64,000 nt of DNA from Mobula hypostoma (taxonomy: Eukaryota): contig NC_086118.1 of NCBI RefSeq assembly GCF_963921235.1, positions 27,468,001 through 27,532,000 on the forward strand. The letters are read 5' to 3'. This document shows positions 57,497 to 64,000 of this stretch, in pieces. Numbering within the stretch: position 1 is the stretch's first letter; the number at the start of each line of letters is the position of its first letter. A program made the translations under genes and the position numbers. Below the pieces are notes generated by a model, which worked only from the letters and a program-made list of their open reading frames with translations, was not told where the DNA came from and made no database searches.

Positions 57497-58400
57497 CTCC
57501 AACCCATCAGGAATGTTGGGGCAGCATTCTTTATGAATAACAGTACAAGTGCCACCTTTCATTATGAGCAGATAATCAAAATCAGTTCCCAGGACAGTCT
57601 GCTGAGAAATGCTATCATTCAAAACATCCCTCCTCTGCAATAACCCTCTTACCAACCAGCCTGGACAAGGTGCTCATCCTAGGGCGTGGGGGCAGCATAC
57701 ATACAGCTCGATATATCAACTGCACCACCCTGATGGAGCCATGAGCAGCCCTTAGAACTGCATGTCCAGTAAGTGCCATTCAGCGTCCAGCAAGTGCCAC
57801 CCTTCACAACACCATTTGGTATAGACACAACCATCCCAGGATACTGTTCCTGCTCACTCCTGCCATCCATCTTGCACCTTGTACCTGTAATCAATATAAC
57901 ACCTGCACCAACATTCTGTCAGATGGGGAAATCACTTTAAGTCAGGACTTTTCATTTATACCTATTGTACATTGGGAAATGCCAGCCCTTAAAGTACTTA
58001 CTCCGCCAGGGCTATTAAGGCTCAATTCCCTGAAGACTGTTATCATACTCTGGGTCAAGGCTGGCTGAAATAGATTACTCCCTCCCAGCTCCCCCAAAAC
58101 AGAATTCCAAAACCCTAGCAGCCAGATAATTACTCCCCACAGTCTTTTCTATGTCAAAGGGGTTGATATCGGTGGCATCCCTACCATGATGTAGTAAGGA
58201 GTCCTCATACAAAGTCAGCAATCTGACCCATTGGCCCAGTGTGCAAATTCAAGCACCATCCCCGAGAATGAATCACTGAAACTCCCATGACAAGTCAGCA
58301 TCAACCACTTTGCCATTCTATAATGCAGGGAGATACAAATGTACTTGCTCCTGATCAGTCACTGGATCATTAGCAAACACAATAACAACAGAAGTACTAG
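57497..58400 (-). pseudogene. env: Retroviral env relic (SU CXXC, ISD-like segment, CX6CC); TM tail continues at ~53560-53814
   Basis: 'ANGSDC*LC' (58209-58220; TGA likely from TGG), 'LNGTYWTCSSKGCSWL', and 'FDYLLIMKGGTCTVIHKECCPNIPD' (CX6CC at 57521-57547). Hydrophobic 'FTVLSIVLLCFVC' beyond the CR1. Confidence 0.8.
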
Positions 58401-58828
58401 AATTTCTCCCCAAATGCTTAAGCCCCTCTGAAATATGGGCGTCTCATATCTGAAATAAAATTGCCTAAATTTCTACCCCATCAACACAAATTTCACATGG
58501 CCAGTATGAAATGTGAATCATCCCTAAAACCAGTTGCTTGAGAAAATAAGTAACACAGCACAGCATAAGAAATTGACACTATAAATATGTAACAGATTAA
58601 AAAACCAAGAAACAAAGTAACTGACTAAACAAACACAAGAAACAAAGTTATAGAACACAAAACACAAAGCCTAGGCTTACTCCTCTTATTTAAAACTTTA
58701 TATGAAACTATAAAAACTCAAAACAGGGAGTTAATTTCTCTCAGAGAAACAGCATTTATCAGAGAGGAACTGAGAAGGAAAAAGCAAATGTGTGGGGCGC
58801 ACACATGCACAGTTACATACACAGACAA

Positions 58829-58829
<1 letters not shown>

Positions 58830-58869
<40 letters not shown>
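58830..58869. repeat. (CA)n microsatellite
   Basis: Directly visible. Confidence 0.95.
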
Positions 58870-58872
<3 letters not shown>

Positions 58873-58897
58873 CACAAAATGACATGGTTTATTAGAC

Positions 58898-60870
58898 CAG
58901 GGGTCACCAACCTTTTTTGCACCGCGAACTGGTTTAATATTGACAATATTCTTGCAGACTGGCCGACGGGGGTGGGGGTGTTAATCACGACCGGAATATA
59001 GATGATAAGTCAACTATAAGTCACTTATAAGTGGCTAATACACTCAATTTCATTTCTAAAAGGGTTTATCTAACAAATTTAATATTAAACACACAGCACA
59101 TATTTTCCTCGCATGAATATAGTGATAAGTCAATTATAAGTCATTTAAAGGTCAATAGCATCATAACATTTTAAGTAACGTTTGGATATTAAACACACAG
59201 TGCATATTTTCCTCGTATGAACATATAAAATCATTGCAACACACCAATATCGCTGAATCAGTGGGAGCCCTGAGCTTGTTTTCCTGCAACAATATGGTCC
59301 CATCGAGGGGTGATGGGAGACAGCGATACTCGAAGGGGGTTCCTTATGTCCGGTCTATTCCGCAATTTCGCTTTCATTGCATTCATTGCAGAAAACCCCG
59401 CTTCGCAGAGATATGATGTTGGAAATGGAAGCAACATTTTCAGTGCTTTTGTGGCTATCACAGGATATTCAGCCTTGACTTTGATCCAGAATGCCAGCAG
59501 AGATGTTATGTCAAACATACTTTACAAGCTCCAGGAGTTGATCTTCTTCCAGCGCTGACATGGTTGATTCACTGGGGACATTCACAAGTGGGTCGCAGAC
59601 CCATTCCTTTGTACGTCGTGGGTTATTTGCAGTTGGGATGTAATGCTCGAATTCTGTCGACAGCGAAGATAGGTGATCATGCACCAGCTGTGAGAAGGAC
59701 GGTGCAGTCTCAGTCTCTCCTAAGATTCCAGCTAATGTTGGGAACATGTCATATATGCCCCTGTCCACTTGCCGTCCCCACAGTTCCAGTGTAGGGGTAA
59801 CATGAGGAGGAACTTTTTTACTCAGAGTGGTAGCTGTGTGGAACGAGCTTCCAGCAGAAGTGGTTGAGGCAGGTTCGATGTTGTCATCTAAAGTTAAATT
59901 GGATAGCTATATGGACAGGAAAGGAATGGAGGGTTATGGGCTGAGTGCAGGTCGGTGGGACTAGGTGAGAGTAAGAGTTCGGCATGGACTAGAAGGGCCC
60001 AGATGGCCTGTTTCCATGCTGTAATTGTGATATGGTTATAAGGTTATATAGTTTGGCTATGAAAACAGGCACTTTATCTGCCAACTTGAAGACAGTTGTC
60101 ATTCTCCCCTGAAGTGACAAATTCAGTTCATTGAGCAGGTTGAAGATGTCACACAGATAAGCGAGTTTTGCTGTCCACTCCTCGTCACTGAAGTGTGCTG
60201 CCAGTGGTGACTTTTTTCCTGAAAGAAATCTCTGTAGTGGCTCTCTTAACTCAAAAACCTTGGCCAGGGCTCCCCCTCCTTGATAGCCACCTGACTTCAG
60301 TGTGTAAAAGAAGGCATCTTTGCTCTGTATCCATTTCCTCGCAGAGTTGCTCAGACAGACATTTCTTAGCCTTAGCAATACGCTGGCCATTAAGTACGAC
60401 GCTCTCAGAGCAGCAGCGTTTGTGGAGGTGGTGGCTCTCAGCACTTGCTTCTGTCCCGCTTGCTCACGTTTTTTCCGCTCAAAAACTCAATGGGTTTGTC
60501 TTTAAGTGCAGGGTGCTTGGACTCAAGGTTCCGAAGCAGTTTTGAGGGCTTCATTGCCTCATTAGACAGCTTGTCTCCACATATCACACACAGGGGCTTG
60601 GAGCGTTCAAGTCACCGGTCGCATTAAAGCCATAGTTTATGTACGACTCATCGTATTTTCTGTTGAAAGAAGCTTTCTTTTTTTTTGCAGTCTCGGCCTC
60701 AGCTGTCTCTTCATTATCATCATCGTTAGGCCTTTTATGTCCCCTACCACCTCTTCCAAAGAAACTCTCAAGCGACGTTTGGTTTTTACTCATCATACCG
60801 CCAAATCATATCGTTTCCTCTTGGCCTGGTAGCACATGCTTCGCGGCACGGTACGGGTCCCGGTACCTCA
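58898..60870 (-). mobile_element. hAT transposon, Buster/Charlie (ZBED5-like) type; internally deleted, one TIR missing
   Basis: TIR CAGGGGTCACCAACCTTTT at 58898 after target TATTAGAC (nnnTAnnn). BED finger 'PLCVICGDKLSNEAMKPSKLLRNLESKH', 'KLAYLCDIFNLLNELNLSLQG', and hATC 'FWIKVKAEYPVIATKALKMLLPFPTSYLCEAGFS'. Confidence 0.9.
59790..60050 (+). mobile_element. CR1 3' tip inserted in the hAT transposase
   Basis: 'RRNFF.QSG..VWNELPAEVVEAG' type sequence, CR1 3' UTR and (GGTTATA)-type tail. The transposase reading rejoins across it. Confidence 0.88.
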
Positions 60871-60999
60871 TATTTCTCTGCATTCAAATAGTTCACACTC
60901 TAATTACAGGAAGACAGATGCAGTTCAAATGACACCCTGCCTACAATAATGAGGCACATTACACCCCTGCCCCCCGCCTCCCCAATTCACACTGCTGCC

Positions 61000-62100
61000 T
61001 AATGTTAGCTGATATCCTTTTCAGGGAATCCTGAATGGAATGCAAGGAATCTGGTAAAAGAGAAAAGGAGCCCTTATTTGCAGAGGATTTGAAGGATGTC
61101 CATTCTCCTTCAATATCCCCCCTCTCTTGCTTCCCCAGATACTACTTCCTATACATTGCACAGAGGGTGGAGGGGGGAATGCCATCTACCTGCTCCTCCA
61201 AGACCCCAGCTTTACGGACATGCAGGATCCCCTATCCCCATCTACTTATCTAACTTCCGTAACTGGCTACGTACACCCTCTTCTACATATTCGAAACCTT
61301 GTAATCATTGAATCACTGTACTTATAGAATGACCATCAGCTGGTGCTATTAATGAGAACACTGCCCCTTTTATTTGAAAAGCCACTCCAGAACCACATGT
61401 CCTATCATTACAGAAGTCAATTCAATATCCACTGTCGCAGTATAATTCTGTGATAAGAGATACTGATGTAACATTCAGTACCTTCCTCTACAATGCTCCT
61501 TTTCACTTGGGATTTTAAATTCCAGTCAGTAAGAGAATGATATTTAAGTTTAACTGCTGCTGTTAACCAATCTCATGGTGGTGTATTATGCTCAGGGGAA
61601 GAAAGCAGTGTCCTCAGAGTGTTACTGATTGCACATTGGGATGATAGGCTCCCTAAAGCCCCCATCTCTCTATTAGATAGGCTCGCTCCGGAAGCCACCT
61701 CGTGCCATATCCTCAATAACCACACAACCAAACACTCTCCAGCCTTTTGTCTGTACCTATCCCATAATCTCACAAATTCCTTAGCGGATAATTCCCTGAT
61801 CTCTGCTGTCTCAAAGGTGCCCATTGCATTAAACCCCACACATTCCTGATCCTCCTCTCCCTCTCCCTCCTGAGAGGAAGAAACTGTGGGCCCGCACTGC
61901 GGGTGTGGGAACGCATGATCACTGGCCTGGCTCGTACTGTTTCCAATATGCAGGAGAGAGGGTGATCATTTTGAAGTTTAAACCAAGGGGCCTCTCCTGC
62001 ATTTTCATCATACAGCCAGTCCAATTTAAACCCTGGCAAAATCTAACTGGTCTGACTAATCTACCAGCATCCCACAAACCATCAGCAGGTTAGCAAGACT
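61000..62100 (-). pseudogene. gag: ERVL-like gag relic
   Basis: 'RELSAKEFVRLWDRYRQKAGECLVVWLLRIWHEVASGASLSNREMGALG' fits the ERV-L Gag pattern (Y/R)xQxxGExxxxWxLRxWD. Confidence 0.75.
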
Positions 62101-62210
62101 TCCAAAGTCTGCAGTATTATCTGTTCACCCTGTGATTCTGCATCTCTCATACAGGGTCCTTTCTTTTAAATAACCTTTTTAAAGAAATGCACATCTGCTC
62201 AGAAAGCCAT

Positions 62211-62228
62211 ATCTTGCTTGTAGTGCCA
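62211..62228 (-). promoter_or_regulatory. Degenerate primer-binding site, probably tRNA-Ser
   Basis: Minus TGGCACTACAAGCAAGAT versus the recalled tRNA-Ser(CGA) complement TGGCGCTGTGAGCAGGAT: 13/18, all differences are transitions. Confidence 0.6.
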
Positions 62229-62231
62229 AAA

Positions 62232-62632
62232 TGCAATGTTGAATCAGGTTTGTAGGTCTGGTGAATGAGATAGAAAATACGGACTGCGAATTAGAATATT
62301 AATCATTCATTTACGAACAGTAAAAATTCGACCAAACATTCATGTTGCCCAAGCTACAGACACTACAAAGCTGAATATTCAACAAACATATATACATTCA
62401 ACAAACTTACTTCGTTAAAAGCACATACCTTCCCAATGTCTTTGTGCACCACTTACCCTTAAACAAAGGGGGAGAGAGATCAAGCCCCTTCCACATGCTA
62501 TTCTATACCCAGGATATTTGAAACTGAACACCAGGCAGCTAACCAATGGGAAAGCAGCTGCAGTTTCTAAACTAGCCAACCACGGCAAGGTGACTTTTGA
62601 CAGGCAAAATAAGCCATGCTCACCACAGTACA
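62232..62632 (-). repeat. 5' LTR
   Basis: TG...CA termini, followed on the minus strand by TTT and the PBS. Confidence 0.9.
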
Positions 62633-62914
62633 CTCAGTCAGCTCCACCATAGGCGCTAGCCTCCCCAAAATTCAGGACATCTTCAAGGAGTGATGCCTCA
62701 AAAAATAACCATCCATCATTAAGGACCACTATCACCCAAGGCATGCCTGCTTCTCATTGCTACCATCAGGGAGGAGGTACCAGTGTGCCTGAAGGCATAC
62801 ACTCAATGATTCAGGAATGCCTCCTTCCCTTCCACCATTAGATAGCTGAACCCATGAACACTACCTCACTATTTTTTCTTCTCTTCTTTTGCACTACTTA
62901 TTTAATTTGTACTG

Positions 62915-63720
62915 AAGAAGGGCCAACCAAAAGGCTTGAATGACTGCTGCGCAGAGGCCCTGACCTCACACATCATGAAGACCCTAGAGAAGCTGGTCCT
63001 AGGTCACCTCTGACCCCTGGTCAGGTCAACACTCGAATGCCTGCAGTCTGCCTACCAGAAGCACATTGGAGTCAACAATGCTGTCATCTACCTGCTGTAC
63101 AGAGCCTAGTCCCATTTGAATAAGCAGGGCAGCACTGTGAGGATCATGTTTTCTGATTTATCAAGTGCCTTCAATATCATGCAGCCTTGATTGTTGGGGC
63201 AAAAGCTCTGTGCAATGCAGGCTGGCATTTCCATTGTATGCTGGATAATGGGTTATCAGACTGGCAGACCACAGTTTGTGCGGCTTCAGAGCTGTGTGTC
63301 AGACATGGCTATAAGCAGCAATGGAGCCCCACAAAGGACTGTATTTGCTCCTTTCCTGTTTACCTCGGAATTTAGATACAACACAGAGTCATGTCATCCG
63401 TGGAAGTTCTCTGATGACTCAGCAATAGTTGGGTGTAAAAAGGGGGGATGGGAGGATGAATGCAGGGCTCTAGTGGAGGACTTTGTCAGATGGTGCAAGC
63501 TGAATCATCTGTAGCTGTGTGCAAGAAGGGCCAGAGTCGCCTCTACTTCCTGAGGAGACTGAGGTCCTTTGGAGTATGCAGGTCTCCCCTTCACATGTTC
63601 CACCACTCTGTTTTCGCAAGTACCAACTTCTATATGATGGTGTTCTGGGGCATGATGCCAACAGGCTCAATAAACTGATTAGAAAGGCAAGCACTGTTAT
63701 AGGAGTTAAATTGGACACAC
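62915..63720 (+). mobile_element. Rex1/Babar RT relic
   Basis: 'TVRIMFSDLSSAFNIMQP', 'SNGAPQRTVFAPFLFT', 'KFSDDSAIVGC' and 'KKGQSRLYFLRRLRSF'. Confidence 0.88.
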
Positions 63721-63849
63721 AGTTTGGGCAGGGACATTAAACACCGATCAATGATCACTTGTAAATAGCCTATTTTCGAGTTACTGAAATTGCCTTACTA
63801 AAATCTCCGCTAATCCGCATTCCAGTTAATTAGCAGCCTGAATTGTTGA

Positions 63850-64000
63850 ACCAACGATGCATCCCAGCTTCCTCCTGAGATCTCCAACATTACAGAAGTC
63901 AGTTTTCAGTCAATTTGGTTCACTCTATTTGATGTCAAGATGCGACTAAAATTGCTGGATACAGCAAAGGCAATAGGACCACATGACAGCCTGGATGTAA
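63850..64000 (+). mobile_element. Old CR1/L2-clade LINE fragment (runs off the window)
   Basis: 'DVKMRLKLLDTAKAIGP', a pre-RT motif. Confidence 0.55.

Larger units (their letters stand above)
53022..62632 (-). mobile_element. Two-LTR endogenous retrovirus, class III (ERVL-like) gag with env relic, 5-bp TSD
   Basis: Homologous LTRs at 62232-62632 and 53022-53537; TSD CTCAG (53017-21, 62633-37); PBS 62211-62228; PPT AGGAGTGGAG (minus, 53538-47); gag and env motifs. Confidence 0.9.

Noticed and set aside
57497..58400. Co-opted syncytin-like env gene
   Set aside because: Multiple stops and frameshifts and a CR1 insertion in TM; no long ORF.
58898..60870. Domesticated ZBED5/Buster host gene
   Set aside because: Frameshifts, internal deletion, a CR1 insertion and a retained TIR indicate a dead transposon.
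1..64000. Plus-strand bias of CR1 copies as evidence for host gene orientation
   Set aside because: About 10 versus 5 copies is too few, and Rex1 copies do not show the same bias.

Overview
Eukaryotic (vertebrate) non-coding DNA made almost entirely of nested transposable elements. I recognise no host protein-coding exon, rRNA, true tRNA or CRISPR array. The repeat mix (many CR1 LINE subfamilies, Rex1/Babar LINEs, Penelope-like elements, CORE/V-type tRNA SINEs) suggests a cartilaginous fish, probably a ray; this is inference only. Contents: (i) one young CR1 with an uninterrupted 1009-codon ORF2 (APE+RT) and the SGNH-esterase end of ORF1, joined by an in-frame U_UUA_AAC -1 slippery site; (ii) about 14 truncated or decayed CR1s; (iii) many Rex1/Babar fragments; (iv) Penelope-like elements and ~110-160 bp mobile units carrying minimal hammerhead-ribozyme motifs; (v) a ~550 bp RTE-type non-autonomous element whose 5' end folds into an HDV-like ribozyme, with the predicted cleavage site at the insertion boundary; (vi) a two-LTR ERV with 5-bp TSD, ERVL-like gag, gamma-type env relic and no visible pol, interrupted by CR1, hAT and Penelope insertions; (vii) a second, deleted ERV with a tRNA-Leu PBS; (viii) a solo LTR, a full-length Tc1 IR/DR transposon, a Buster-type hAT, and piggyBac-like and Tigger-like MITEs. 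Boundaries of decayed repeats are approximate (tens of bp). TSD and motif coordinates were counted directly. Family names come from motif recognition, not database searches.
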